In this document: one piece after another, positions 49,947 to 63,190 of the stretch
Layout: each line of letters opens with the position of its first letter
How positions within the stretch are numbered: the stretch's first letter is position 1
Assembly: GCF_008831285.2 (NCBI RefSeq)
Contig: NC_045138.2
Span: forward strand, 9,672,001-9,736,000
DNA: 64,000 nucleotides
Direction: 5' to 3'
Origin: Nymphaea colorata
Taxonomy: Eukaryota
Program-made: the position numbers and the translations under genes
The notes under the pieces: generated by a model
Told to the model about the DNA's origin: nothing
The model's input: the letters and a program-made list of their open reading frames with translations, nothing else
The model's database searches: none

Positions 49947-52900
49947 TTGGCTGGCTCACGACCAGTCTCTTGTTGCTTATATCACTTCTATCTTGTCAGA
50001 GGAGGTATTGATGATGATTTAATTGCCCTAGAGTTGTGGTCTACCCTTGCCACAACATATTCTCAAGTCTCGAAAGCACGTTTTCTACAATTAAGAAGGC
50101 AATTTCAGGATATCAAGCGTGGGACACGTACAGTTTTGGAGTATTTGAATGAAATCAAGAGTGTTAGTGATCAGCTTGCTGCAATTGGACATCCCGTCAG
50201 CGACAAGGACAAAGTCCAACAAGCCTTGAGTGGACTGGGAACAAAATTTGATATTTTTTGCACAGCCTTGGAAGTCTTACCTGTTCTCCCATCTTTTGAA
50301 GATCTAAAGGCCAAGTTTTTTCAACATGAAGCTAGTCGAGTTCAACGACATAATCTGGTTCCTTCCAACAGCCACAATGTACTGATCACAGGAACTCACG
50401 CACTGCAAGGAAATCGCACTCGTTCTTGGACTCCTCAGGTAGGCATGGGAAGAGGGATTCTCCCAACACCGCCAAGCATGAATACTACCTCTGCCACATC
50501 TAGAAGAATCCCGACATGCTTCTATTGCAACAAGAAGGGGCATGTAAAATTAGAATGTTGGCACAATACTCAGAAAAAGAATAGTCAGATCAGGCGCGAG
50601 AACAGGACAGCAGCAGGGTCAGCTCCATCCTCATCTAGATCAAATCCAACTTCAAAGGTTTCAGTAGACGTGCAACAACTTCTAATGACAGCCTTATCTA
50701 AACTTAACTTGAAGCAAAATGAGCAAGGAGAGTGGTATGTGGACTCTGGAGCAGCAGCCCACGTTACTGGTGACACAGGTAATCTCTCTAGTGTTTCCCC
50801 TTATTTAGATCAAGGCTCAGTAGTCACGGGAGATGGTTCCCATCACACAATATCGCACATTGGAAATGCACAAATATCCATGGGTTCTTCTTCCATTCCA
50901 TTAAAGAATGTCCTTGTTGTTCCAAGTGTCAAGAAAAATATTATCTCAGTGTCCAAACTTATTGATGATACTCACTCCTCTGTTGAATTCATACCATCTT
51001 CTGTTTATGTCAAGGATGCTCAAACCAAGAAGACATTCGCTGAGGGCACTCGCAAAGGAGATATGTATGTCCTTGAAGAAGCTCCAAAGCTGTCCAAACT
51101 TCACCCTCCAGATTCATGTTCTTCAAGTCATAATGAAGTCAATGTCGCAGAATATAATAAGCCATCCATTTGGCATGGTCGGTTAGCTCATTGTAGTCAG
51201 TCTTTTGTTCGAAGTCTTGTTGCAGACGAGCTCTTAGATAAGTCCAGTCTGAGTTCAGTCAGTGAGTCCAGCATGTGCTCGAGTTGTCAACTTTGTAAGA
51301 GCCATGCCCTTCCTTTTTAGTCAATTAATAAAAGAGCTTCAAGGATTTTTGACACCATATATTTTGAAGTTTGGGGGTCTGCTCCAATTCCCTCTTCTTC
51401 TGGGAGTAGGTACTATGTCATTTTTATATATTCATATTCCCGACATACTTGGATACACTTCATGAAACACAAATCTGAAATTTTCCGTTTGTTTACTCAA
51501 TTCCATGCCTCGGTTCGAAATAAATACTCCACTAATATTGTGCATTTTCAATGTGATGGTGGTGGTGAATTTATTTCTAATGAATTTACTGAGTATCTAC
51601 TAGATAATGGGATCACTAGACAGATTTCATGCCCACATACTTCTCAACAAAATGGAATTGCTGAACGGAAACATAGACATATTGTTGAAAGCGCGCTCAG
51701 CATGATGCATGACACAGACTTACCCATGACATTGTGGATTGAGGCTTTTCATACGGCTGTCCATGTTATAAATCGACTGCCATTGGCTTTGCTTGATGAC
51801 AAATCCCCATATTTTTTATTACATCAAGAGCAGCCACGCTATGAGGAATTGCGTGTTTTTGGACGTGTTTGCTATGTGCATGTTGATGTTTCCTTACGTA
51901 ACAAGTTTCAAGATCGTGCTATTTTGTGCAGATTTATAGGGTATGTAGAAAACTACAAGGGTTATAGATGTTACAACCTTAAAACTGGGCGTGTTCATAT
52001 TTCACGACATGTTGTTTTTGATGAAAACAGGTTACAAGATCCCAAGGCTACTTGCATGACACTCAAGGATAAAAATGAGGTTTATGATACTTGGCTGCAT
52101 GCTGAAATCCTAAGACAAGGGGCTGACCGTTTGGTTGAGCACGAGGAGCAAGATGTTAATGAGCCTGAGACACTTGTGAGCGATTCCTTGGACAGCATGC
52201 CCTCATCCTCCCAACCCCATGATTCACCTATACATAGTCGGTTCTCAGGCCTTGTGTACTCTAGGCGATCAGCTCCTACTGCAGCCCCACGTCAGTCCCA
52301 ACGTGTGCGACATCCCATTGATTGGTGGGTAAGTTATAACAACTTTTCTTTAGATTTTCAGTTGTTTATGACAGAAGTCAGCAAGAAGGTCGAACCAAAA
52401 TCCTATCATTATGCAAGTAAGGAAAAATGTTGGGTTGAAGCTATGAATGAGGAAATGGCAGCCTTGCATGAGTTTCAGACTTGGCAGATTGTCCCTCGTC
52501 CAACTGATAAGAATGTTGTGGGCTCCAAATGGGTCTACAAACTGAAATATAAGCCAGATGGTAGCATTGATCGACATAAAGCACGTCTTGTGGCGCGCGG
52601 TTTGACACAACAATATGAGGAAGATTATGATGAAACATTCAGTCCGGTTATCAAGATGGGCACAATACGTGTGATTATTTCTCTTGCAGTCTCATATGGG
52701 TGGCCTCTTTATCAGTTAGATGTCAAAAATGCTTTTCTTCATGGGATTCTTAAGGAAGAGGTATACATGGAGCAACCTCCCGGCTACAATACTCATGATC
52801 CTCAAAAATTGGTTTGTAAGTTACACAAGTCTTTATATGGGCTGAAGCAAGCTTCTAGATCATGGTTCGATCGGTTTTCTCATCATATACAACAAGCTGG

Positions 52901-53573
52901 TTTTCTACGAAGCTCTCTAGATCATTCCTTGTTTATGTATCATACCGAAGAAGTTACTACTTGGTTACTTATCTATGTAGATGATATTGTTATAATTGGG
53001 AATTCTTCTTCTCATATATCTTATGTTAAGGATCTGTTGCAGCAAGAATTCAAGATGAAAGATCTCGGCGAACTTCGGTACTTCTTGGGTGTTGAACTAG
53101 ACAGGGCAAATGATCGATTGACTCTTACGCAGCATAAGTATACTCTTGATATTTTGGACAGGGCATGTATGATTAATTGCAAACCCATAACTACTCCTAG
53201 TGTTCTAAACACTAAATTGGCTGCCTCTGATGGAACCGCTGCCTATTCAAATCCTACCTTCTATCGCAGCATTGTTGGTATGTTACAATACCTTACCTTT
53301 ACCCGCCCAGACATAGTCTATGCTGTAAATCAGATCTCTCAATTTATGCATGCACCCACAGAAGGACATATGGATGTCGCTAAGCGGATCTTACGGTATC
53401 TCAAAGCTACTCTTGGGGATGGATTGATCTATACAAAGTGTCCCAATGTTTCTCTTGGACATAAGATATATACTTATACTGATGCAGACTGGGCAGGAGA
53501 TCCTGATGACCGACGCTCAGTTTCAGGTTTCAATCTCATTTGTTGGAGCAATAAAAAGCAGCGTGCAGTTGCA
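49947..53573 (+). pseudogene. Outer Copia gag-pol, broken
   Basis: ORFs 49947-51320 and 51462-53720 contain YVDSGA, WHGRLAH, YVDD and TDADWAG. There is a stop at 51318-51320 and RNase H is truncated. Confidence 0.9.
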
Positions 53574-54333
53574 TATATACTTACCTTCATTGCTTTCTTC
53601 TATTCTCTATTCTCCATCCTCCTTATTTTCAAACGGAGAGACGTGATTCGGTGGTGTTTTAGTGAAGATTCTCACAATTGGCTCAACACACCTTGTTGTA
53701 GCTGCTTCACCACTCTCTAAGGCCTTTGACCTGCTTGCCCTAAGATTGAGTTATGTGCTCATTTCACCATGGCCACCACCCTTCTCAAGTCAATAGTGCC
53801 CTCATTGTTCAACTCATGGGCATCCTTGAGATAGCCAAAACTCACCATCCCTCCTCAAGCCTCACCCTATAATATATACCTATGCTGTTGTGTTCCTTTG
53901 CCCCTCTTGATAAAAACCCCCTTTGGCATTTAATTGAGTCCTTAATCAGCCCAGTTTGTCTTGACTCTCACACACCTTTAGCTATTGTGTCATTTCTTCA
54001 TCATGAACCATGTCAGCCTAAGTAGCGTTCAACCCATAGTCCACTTATGGATAAGGCTTCCATCTAGTGTTTTGTCTTCGTATACATTTGCGGTCTGCCA
54101 CCAACTTTCTTTTTGCCGCATAAGTTATCACCAAACCTCCTTAAGACCTTGCTTCTAATGGAGGAAAGTTTCCAAACCCAAAATCAGGTACTGTCCGGAC
54201 CCTTGTAGAGGCTTAGAGATCTTCAGTTATATTGCTCACACTCAAGCATTTCTACTGTTGGTCTGCATATGCTCTTTTGATTTTGTGTTAACTTTATTGC
54301 TTTTAATGGCTGTACATTTTTATGGGTGTTCAG

Positions 54334-54417
54334 GTTCCTCTTGACTTCTCGCTTTGTTCTTATTTACAAGTTATCTTCCTAGAACCACGAATGAAGATAC
54401 AAGTCCAAGGATCACTG
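54334..54417 (+). CDS. MORC: MORC exon 9 (VPLDFSLCSYLQVIFLEPRMKI..)
   Basis: Bounded by cag| and |gtaata. Confidence 0.95.
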
Positions 54418-54488
54418 GTAATAAAGGTTATTTATTGATTTGTTTCATATGGATGGATGTATGGTTGACTTTGTCGTTGTTTGGATAG

Positions 54489-54647
54489 GTGAAAAGTCGT
54501 CCTTTGGCTAAATCTTTGAGCATGACAGTTGTTGTTGATGATTTTGTCATTGGTAAGCCTGTTCGTTTAACACTGGGACGTAGTCAAACAGAATGGAAGA
54601 GGAGGAATTGTGGAATTTTTCTATATTGGCATGGCCGCTTGATTGAG
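54489..54647 (+). CDS. MORC: MORC exon 10 (VKSRPLAKSL..CGIFLYWHGRLIE)
   Basis: Bounded by tag| and |gtaatg. Confidence 0.95.
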
Positions 54648-56725
54648 GTAATGCAGTAAGAATAATGGGTCTCAGGTTTATAACCTTTACAACCATGTTT
54701 TCTTGTGGAAAGTCATAATTTCACCTTCTCTCTGCCGCTCTCCCATGCTCTCTTGGTCAAACAAACACAAAGTCACAAAACTGCTGTCTCGACAGTGATA
54801 CACTGCACAAAAGCATAACATAAATATATGAATTCACAAATTTGTGAGTACATTTCTGCAACTTCTATTTTGGTGTTGTTGTTTTTGAACTAGCAGAAAT
54901 CTAATTGTCTCACAAATAATGCTTCCAAGGCTGTTTTTTATCATGTTTTTACGTTGCATTTTTTGCATAGATACCGCAAGCTTCTTTCTTCTTAGGGTGT
55001 TTGGTATGTTATGTATTTCAATGCTATCTATGACCTGGTGTCTCTGGCTCTTAGAGTTGTTTAGGTGTCTAGATATCTTTTTCTCATTTCCCTTCCCCCA
55101 CCCCCATCTTAATGTCATAAAACAGTTTTTCAGAGTTTTAGAGTTTTTCCATTTTATGCTTTCTATGGGCTACTCAATTATTTTGGAAATTAGCAAGTCA
55201 TTGTCACAATACTTAAGGACATTTTAGGAAATTTCATGCGAGCAAAACTGGTCCTACTTACACATATGTTTACATGCATTAAGGTGTGTTAATTCTTGAT
55301 TGAATGATCAGAAGCATATAATATCTTTTACATTCTCATACATAGTTGTCCTTGGGCTTAAGGGTCTTGGGCATGATCTATATCTTATGAGGACCCAAAA
55401 CAATGATTCATTAAAAATAATCTAAAATCATGTGAGGTGTATTAGGTCTTCATATAATTGCATTGAATGGGGAAACTTTTATGAAGAAAATCGGGCTCTC
55501 TTATCATCTCTCAATAATTCATCACTATGTAAGACCATATTTATAAGGATCTTGAGATGTCTAAAGTTGGATTTGTTGCACCGTCTTAATGGCACATGGA
55601 CATCCACAGTTTTATAAGGTTCTCTTGGAAGCTACATCACATGGGTTAATGCTGTTTGAAGGGCATAGTCAAGCTTTGACTCCTCAAACTCAGAAGTGGT
55701 GACTCAATGGGAGGAGGGCCTCGTGATAATGAAAGACACTCATTGACTTGGACCACTTGGTAGCATATATATCTCCTTCTTAGACAACCTCAGGATCATT
55801 GATTGCTAATTCATTCCACCACCACTAGCACATTCGTAGGGCTGGTGAATTTTTTGGACCATCTTTCTCTAAGGGAACCTTGGCATTGCATGCACTGGAC
55901 AATTGGACAACCCTGCCTATTCTCAGCATGTTTCTTTCTGGTCTTGGAGGAGCTATTGTAGGTTGAGAGCCTATAGCTGATCTTTGCTTTCATGGGGCTG
56001 ATTGAAACGGTGGCTCTCCCTCTCCCTCTCTCTCTCTCATTCTTTTGTGCTCTTCTAGCAATATGAAAGGCTTCACATGCCTTTTTGTTAACAACATCTA
56101 CTGCCTGAACTGTCAAACATCCATCTTAGGATCCCTTAGTTTCAGGGCTTTCACTAGGGTGGCCATAGGATTAAGTGGATCTGCATAAAATATTGTTAGT
56201 TGAAAACCTTCAAACAATTTCCTACAACTTTGGTATCCTTTCCTAAATGAATATTTGTATAGGCATTTCATTTAATTTGGATACCACTTGAGGCATTCTT
56301 AATGATGTTTTGAAAAGTGCAAAACTCAGCCAAGTTTTGGGCCAATATCAGATGCGCACTCAACTTTTTGAAGACATCAAAAGGGTGTGTACCTTCTCTC
56401 ACAAACTCACTAAGAGCCGCTCTTCCAATGAAAATGTTAAAAAGTAGATACAATGAGGACAATGCCGTTCTTTTAATCATCATTTTAAAATAAAAAAGGA
56501 AGATACTCTACCGATTGGTGAGGGTCGACTCTCCATTCAATGGGAATCAGAGGCCCTTACCAGGAAGGGTCGAGCGACCCACAGTGAGCGTTGGTTACGA
56601 GGACCCTCACCTGAATGTTTAAGGCGAGGGTCATCACAACACTTACTGCTCAGGCGAGGGCCATGACGACTCTCAACCCTCCAACCCTTCCCAAAAATAC
56701 CGACAGTCGCGATCCTTGCTTTCGC

Positions 56726-58768
56726 CTAAGGCACACGGGTACCGTGTCAGTACGTAGGTACAATGATTTGCCCAAGTACCCGTGTCATTGGACTTGTGTA
56801 TTGACACAAGTACGTGGGTGCAACTGGGTGCTAAATCATAGTGGTACGCCAAAACTGGTGAAGCTGTTAGGCTTTGTCTTAGTTTAATAATGTTAGACAA
56901 GTTTTATTTTACGTTATGCATCGGTTATTAGTCAGTTTGTATCAGGTATTTAATAGAGACCCGCTTTGCTTTATGTTGTAAGTATTTTGGGCGTGATTTG
57001 CCCTAATGGAAGTTTATGATGAGGTTTTATTCTCTCTCCTAATCTCTCTCTCTCTCTCTCTCTCGTTCTCTTCCCTACTCCTTGCCGCCAGCCCCTTGAT
57101 AGCACTAGAGGGTAAAATGCCTCGAGCTTCGAATCTGGTTGCTCAAGGTTTACTAGACGTGCTCGGTGTACCTGCAAACACAATCAAGCGATAAGTTCTT
57201 TACTCGTTTCGCTTTACAATTTATACAAGTATGAAATAAAATCATTGAGGCATGTCATCGCCTCAAGAAGGTGTCGACGAGTAGTGTCGACCCACAAAGC
57301 CCTCCAATAGGCCACTTCCCAACTCCTCGAGGTTGTCACCAAACAATTAGAAACTCAAAACTTGGATTCGACTTATCACATGTATGTTTCTCACTTGTTT
57401 TTCAAGTTGAAGCGTCAACCCCGCAATTAGGCTTCCCAACACATGACACATATGCACAACAATAGAAGCACATTTCCTAAACTCGCTACAACGGTTCTAA
57501 ACCTTCTCAACATCATTAGAATCTCTATCATGTTTCCAAATTGCTTCGAAAATCAACTCATTATGCTAAAAAGATAGATATACACGTGGATCCTCATCCA
57601 TCTCAAAATAGTCCTAAATTTTCTCCAAAATAACAACATCATTAGCATGCATTCTAAATCATCAAATCTTAAGTCTAGCATGCTCAAATAATAATTATAC
57701 ATGCACTAACAGTAAATTTAGATAATTTAAGCTCGATTAGGCCTCGTTCACCCCAATCATAGTGTCCAAACTACTGCAATATTCCTGGCAGCCACCTCAA
57801 ATATTCGATTGAGCACCAACGCCAATGATAGCTCGCTGCCTTCACCACCAATGCCTTCACTTCACTAGTATGAGGGGAAAGATGCGTTCGCAAGCTACAA
57901 ACCAACTAAACAACCATAAATAGGGTGAGGTTTAGCGAAAGAGAGGTCAAAAGAGGGATTTGTCATTAGAAAAAGGCAGTCGGCCATGGGAATGAGGTTC
58001 GACTGAGGATTAGAGGGGAAAATAAATAGAAAATGAGGAGAGGAAGACTGACCACGAGAGTTTGGGCAGAGGGGAAAACGTGCGGGAGACTAGAGACGAG
58101 AGGGAAACAGAGCAAAAGGGACCTTGTTGGAGAGAACTGGCGGGAAGGAGAAGGAGAGTGGCGAGGGAGAGAGAGAGAGGGTGCGAGAGAAAGAAGGCGT
58201 GCAGAGAGGGATGACTGGTGAAGAGAGTTCGGACAGAGGGGAGAGACAAGCAGACAGGGGAAATCGAGCGGGTTAGATGGAGAGGAGGAGACATAAGAGA
58301 CGGGGAGAGAGTGCGGGAGCAGAAGGAGGACGCTGACGGAGAGAGACGGCCAATAGAGAGAGGGAAAGGTGTGGTGAAGGGCGAGGGAGAAGAAGAAGAA
58401 AGAAAAGAGATAGAGGGTGCGACGAATAGGACAGCGAGAGAGGGTGGAGGAGGAGAAAGAAGAGACGAAAAAAAAAAAATCAGGTGAGCTTACCTCCACG
58501 CTGTTGCGCCGCCGGCGTCGCCCTTCCTCCGTTGGCCTAGCCGTCGCCATTGCCACACCTTCTGCCTTCTTCTTCTTTGCGACACAGTAGAGGAAGAAAC
58601 AAAGAGGAAGACGACGGAGAAGAGTTCCCTCGCGCGACGGGCTCCCTTCTCATGCGTGGAGCTTGGGTCTGGGTCTGGACCCGATCCGTCCCGCTTGCAA
58701 AATGTCGAGCGTTACAATTGCTGTGTCCAAACCCATACCCGTGCCATACCCGAACCCATATGACATAG
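56726..58768. mobile_element. Larger, older member of the CTATGTCACA hAT family in MORC intron 10
   Basis: The ends are ctaaggcacacgggtac and cccatatgacatag, with subterminal repeats. No TSD was recovered. Confidence 0.5.
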
Positions 58769-59155
58769 GCGCAAGGTCATCCCTAACCATGCTTCCCAAT
58801 GAGGGTTTACCAGTGACCTTGCCAACAGGTGAGGGGGCAGCGGCAACCCTCACCGGGCAGCTAAGATTGACTAGCCGTCCAGCTATGTTGATATTTTATT
58901 TTTTATTTTTCAGAAACGTACTTTTGAGGATACTTTTGTCTTTCTCTTGTTTATTTTTAATATTTTTTATGAGAAAAAGTCTGTTTGTGAGTTTCCTGCA
59001 AAAGTTGATGGGCTATTTGATGTGATTCAAAGGTTGAGCAGTTGTTTGATGTTGGCACATTTGTTGAGCAGGTATTTGTAATTTTCTAATGTTTTTTTAA
59101 TGCAATTTTGCAATTTGAGTTCTGATTCCTCATTTTTTTTTGTTTCTTGAGAAAG

Positions 59156-59239
59156 GCATACAAGAGAGTTGGAGGAATGATTCACAGTGCAGACATGGGA
59201 AGGGGTATTCTTGGAGTTATTGATGTCACAAATATCATG
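59156..59239 (+). CDS. MORC: MORC exon 11 (AYKRVGGMIHSADMGRGILGVIDVT..)
   Basis: Bounded by aag| and |gtattt. Confidence 0.95.
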
Positions 59240-59401
59240 GTATTTTCTTTCTCATTTTTATTTTCAGTTTTGACATTTTTCTATGCCCACACTTCTTTTT
59301 TCTTTTGATATTCATTTAAAACATTTTTTTTTGTTGCATATTCTCAGTATAGTTTCCTTTTATCCCTTGCAAATGGCTTTACTTTCTCGAATTTGTTTCA
59401 G

Positions 59402-59539
59402 AGTTATGGAGATGATAAAACTTATGTTCTTAGCAACAAACAAGGTTTTGAAGACTGTGAAGCTTATGCCAAGCTAGAGGAGTGGTTAAGTCACAAGTGT
59501 GATGTGTACTGGGATACACGCTATGATGACCTTGTTTTG
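59402..59539 (+). CDS. MORC: MORC exon 12 (..VLSNKQGFEDCEAYAKLEEWL..YWD)
   Basis: Bounded by cag| and |gtaaat. Confidence 0.95.
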
Positions 59540-59969
59540 GTAAATTTTTTCTCTCCTTGACTGGAACAACTTTTCAGACTTGATGAAGTAGTTATTCATG
59601 ACCTAATTCTGGAAAAGTTTTTCAGCCTTGATGGTTTAGTTGTTACTCATGACCTAATTCATACATGATAGATTTGGTTCAAATAATGCTGTAGTGAAAT
59701 AAAATTGCCTTATTTGTGATTAAAGCATGGAGTTTAACCAGATTGAGATCACTGTAAAATGCATAATTATCAGAATTGCGGAAAGGTTATTGCTTCAATG
59801 GACCATAGGATCTTTTCTCCTACTTAAAATAATATGAGATACATTTCCTCAAACCCGAAATGTATGAGATGCACGATATACTTCTTTGGTGAGAATGATT
59901 ACCAATTGTGATAGTCAGTCATATAATCCTATTATTTATTGCTTATTCTCTTTTGTGAAAATGCTATAC

Positions 59970-60352
59970 CTATATCACATGGGTGCGGGTACGGTATGGG
60001 TACGGGTATGGCGATACGGGTTTTGGTACTGTGACTTTGAAAATTATGGGTACGTAGGTACGACAAATTTTTAAATTCTCAAAAATAATCAAATGAGAAA
60101 AAACATTAATAGTCTTATAATCTACAAAAAATCTCAACATTAAAGAAAAATGAGAGGAAAATATAGAATCTTATTGGAAGGGAAATATAAAAGAAGGGAA
60201 AAATAAAAAATTAGAGAAAAAATTAAATTTGAAAATATAATTTTAAAAGTTTTAAAATGCAGCCATACCCCAGCCGTACCCATACCCGTGTTGCCGTACC
60301 CACGTACCCGACACGGGTACCTGGGCAAAACAGGCGTACCCGTCTCACACAG
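59970..60352. mobile_element. hAT-type MITE (CTATGTCACA family), copy in MORC intron 12
   Basis: Perfect 8-bp TSD tgctatac. The ends are ctatatcacatggg and cccgtctcacacag. Confidence 0.88.
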
Positions 60353-61655
60353 TGCTATACAATATTCCTTCCTCTGCAGTCAATGTGATGCATTGAAGCA
60401 ATCCTATGCATATGTTATTAAGGCAGTCAAGTCTTCTTGAGTGAGATTTAACATGAAGACAAACAAAAGCAACATATGGTTTTTCTTAATTTGTGAAATA
60501 GTGGAAGAGCTGAAGAAAAAAAGTAGGAACAAGAAAGCTAGAGCTGCATCATAGCCCATACGCTTTTACATATGCTTTTTGGGAAGAACTAATGGCTATA
60601 GGCTCAACTATTTGCTAATACATGTCTATTTTGAAAAATATGGGGTTAAAACCACCATTTTTCAAAATAATTTTTAAAACTTGCCTCCCTCTTCATTTCT
60701 GAACATATCTAATAGTTAAAGAAGGGGGATGTTGTGGCAATTTTCAAAAGGAATAACCAGTTTCACCATGAAATCAACAATTTGAGGGCAGATTTATGCA
60801 CGAATGATTGATTCTTGCTTACATAAAGAGGGTTTATATCTTCTACAAAAGATGAAAATGAGAATGCGGTGACAAAGATTATGAATGAAGCTGTTTTCAT
60901 CTGTTATTTGCATTAACGTTGAACAATTTTGTCTTATGATGTGATGTATATTGTATGTAAAACTTGGTTTTTGATGTGTTATGGATCTTATGACTTATTT
61001 ATTAGTTATTATATAATCCTCTTATAAATTATGTTTCTTGATGTCTTAGTTCATGACTTCATGTTGTGTTGCTATATGATATTATGACCACTTATCAATG
61101 TTTGTGAAGTAACTTCATACCTGCAATAAGCTTGTCATTATGTACAACATGTTTTTTCATTAAAAAAAGCATAATTTTTATTTTTCTTGATGTGGCTGAT
61201 TTTTCTCTATTTTTTTTATTTTTTTAATTAAAAAATAAATTTATGAAACACATACGATACATTACGATACTTGACGATACGATGTATCTATTGGCCTGAC
61301 CGATGCGGCTTACGATATGCTTTTTACAACATTGGTTTGACCAACACTACTGTTGCACTGTCTGGTAAAAATACAAGCCTTTCTTACTCTCCCTTTCTAG
61401 AAGATATGGTGTTTAGTGGGGAGCATTTCTTTGAAAGAATTCACAGATGCCCTTTTGCAGCTTTGCTTATGTAGTTGTGATACACTTTAACATATGCCTG
61501 GCTTAAATCACAAAATAGACTAGTTAGAACAAAGTACAAACAATAGGGCATGATAATAAAATAGTTGACTTCTATCTTTCTTTCTATGCCTGGATGCGCA
61601 AGTGTTCTTACATGATAATTCTGTCAAACTGATCATTAAATTTTTATGATTTTAG

Positions 61656-61768
61656 GTGAAAGCTAATGCCACATATGAACCTGATTATGAGTGGGTCCAA
61701 TGCAATAAATGTCTGAAATGGAGACGGCTGGACAGTAATTTTGAGAGCAAATCCTTGCCTGATAGTTG
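61656..61768 (+). CDS. MORC: MORC exon 13 (first half of the CW zinc finger, WVQCNKCLKWR..LPDSW)
   Basis: Bounded by tag| and |gttaat. Confidence 0.93.
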
Positions 61769-62879
61769 GTTAATACTTTTAATCTTCTTAATTGCATTTG
61801 TCTTGTTTTCACTTCTCGTGTATTCTCCTCCATGTTGGTTCTTAATCATATTCTTGGGGTTCTTTCCTGTTTCATGTCCTTAAACCATAATTTGGGATAT
61901 CTATTTTCTGCTTTTATTGCATGGAGCTAATAATTAGCTATATAAGTACCTCTATGGCTCCCCTTTATTAATTTGTCTACTTAATTTTGTGTGCCTAAGT
62001 ACAGACAAGTTCCTTATAGCTAAACTAGAAAATGGCTTCTAACTTTGACCGGCTCCTTAGCCTTGGAGGAGGCTTGCATTATTAAAATCCATGTGGGATT
62101 TGTTTCGCATTTACTTCTCCTAAATGTTAGCTATGAAAAATAATATTTTTGTCTGGTAATCATAACACTGCATGTCAAAACTAGTGTCGCTGCTGGATCA
62201 TGATTTCGCATTTCTTTTCTACTTGCACAAGTACTATTATCTAATGTGATCATTTTGAGAACAGGTGTGAACAAATATTGTTATTTTTTCTTGAGTTTCA
62301 CATGACACGAATTTGCTTGCCTGTAACTTCAGAAAATAGGATCATAAGTTTTATTCCCCATTTCTCTTTGTTGTTCTTGCTTCCTTGGAATTTAATTTCA
62401 TTGCTATCAAATAGCCATGCTTGGTGATCAGCCTTTTCGGAAACACTTTCATGCTTTGCTGTTGTTTCTGTTAGATCTGATGTCCAGATTTGTTATACAG
62501 AAAGAAAGATAAGATTAAAAAACAAGAGGGGATTCCTAAGATGCCAGCTGGGCATGGCCTAATCTTGTTCAAAACGATTACTGATGATACATGGACTAAA
62601 AGTTTCATCCCAGAAGGGAAAGATGAAGAAACAAGAGAGGGAGAGAGAGAGAGAAATTGTTTACTTCCATTAACCCTAATCTCTGATTAAAAGAGGTTAG
62701 GGGTCGGCAGTCAGAAATCACAGATAGGTCCATAAAAAACATAAAAGTGAAAAATAGGACCTATTTTCGCTCCCTACTCAATTGGCATTAATGTAGGCAA
62801 CAAGCTTGTGGTTGCCTCCCTTTGATACTGTTTTCTTCTAAACAAGCTCATCTCCATGCATCCTTTTTAAGTATCTTAA

Positions 62880-63190
62880 AATTACTTAACTACTTCTATA
62901 GCCCCAGTCCATAGTTCATTTATGAACTAAGAAACATGATTCACTGTATAAACGAGAGAGATCGGGATGTGTGAAGCTCAAGTACTGCAACATGCGAACA
63001 TGATTGTGATATGAAGTGGGATTATCATGTGGATCACTATTTTGAGCTCCTAACCTGTTATGAAGGGTACTCAGAGTGACCACTGCTAACCTGTGATGAA
63101 GAGTACTAGGAGTGACCAAAGGTTTTGTAGTCTTTTATGCTTACCTTACTTAAGACATTAAGGATCTATCTGCATTGAGTAAGAGTCATT
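62880..63190 (-). pseudogene. Short decayed Copia RT fragment
   Basis: Reads NPTSY..MLQYLSFTHPDL (compare LQYLTFTRPDI). It is flanked by diverged direct repeats near 62500-62605 and 63485-63610. Confidence 0.7.

Larger units (their letters stand above)
43667..53676 (+). mobile_element. Outer Ty1/Copia element, disrupted, with most of the 3' LTR deleted
   Basis: The 5' LTR is 43667-43972 (TG..CA), followed by PBS tggtatcaaagcc. Gag starts at 44246 and resumes at 49848; gag-pol fragments lie at 49947-51320 and 51462-53573. The 3' LTR remnant is 53580-53676. The TSD is attgg. Confidence 0.92.
30752..61768 (+). other. MORC: Gene span: MORC family CW-type zinc finger protein (3' end not found in window)
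   Basis: Thirteen GT-AG exons join in frame (2324 nt). GHKL motifs are AIAELVDNARDA, DNGCGM, GRYGVGFKTG and GTQIYI. The S5 region includes GIFLYWHGRLI and NKQGF. The CW finger begins WVQCNKCLKWR. Confidence 0.93.

Noticed and set aside
57966..58556. 196-aa ORF, and similar ORFs at 18008-18480
   Set aside because: These are low-complexity GA/CT-rich sequence inside DNA transposons with no domain motifs.
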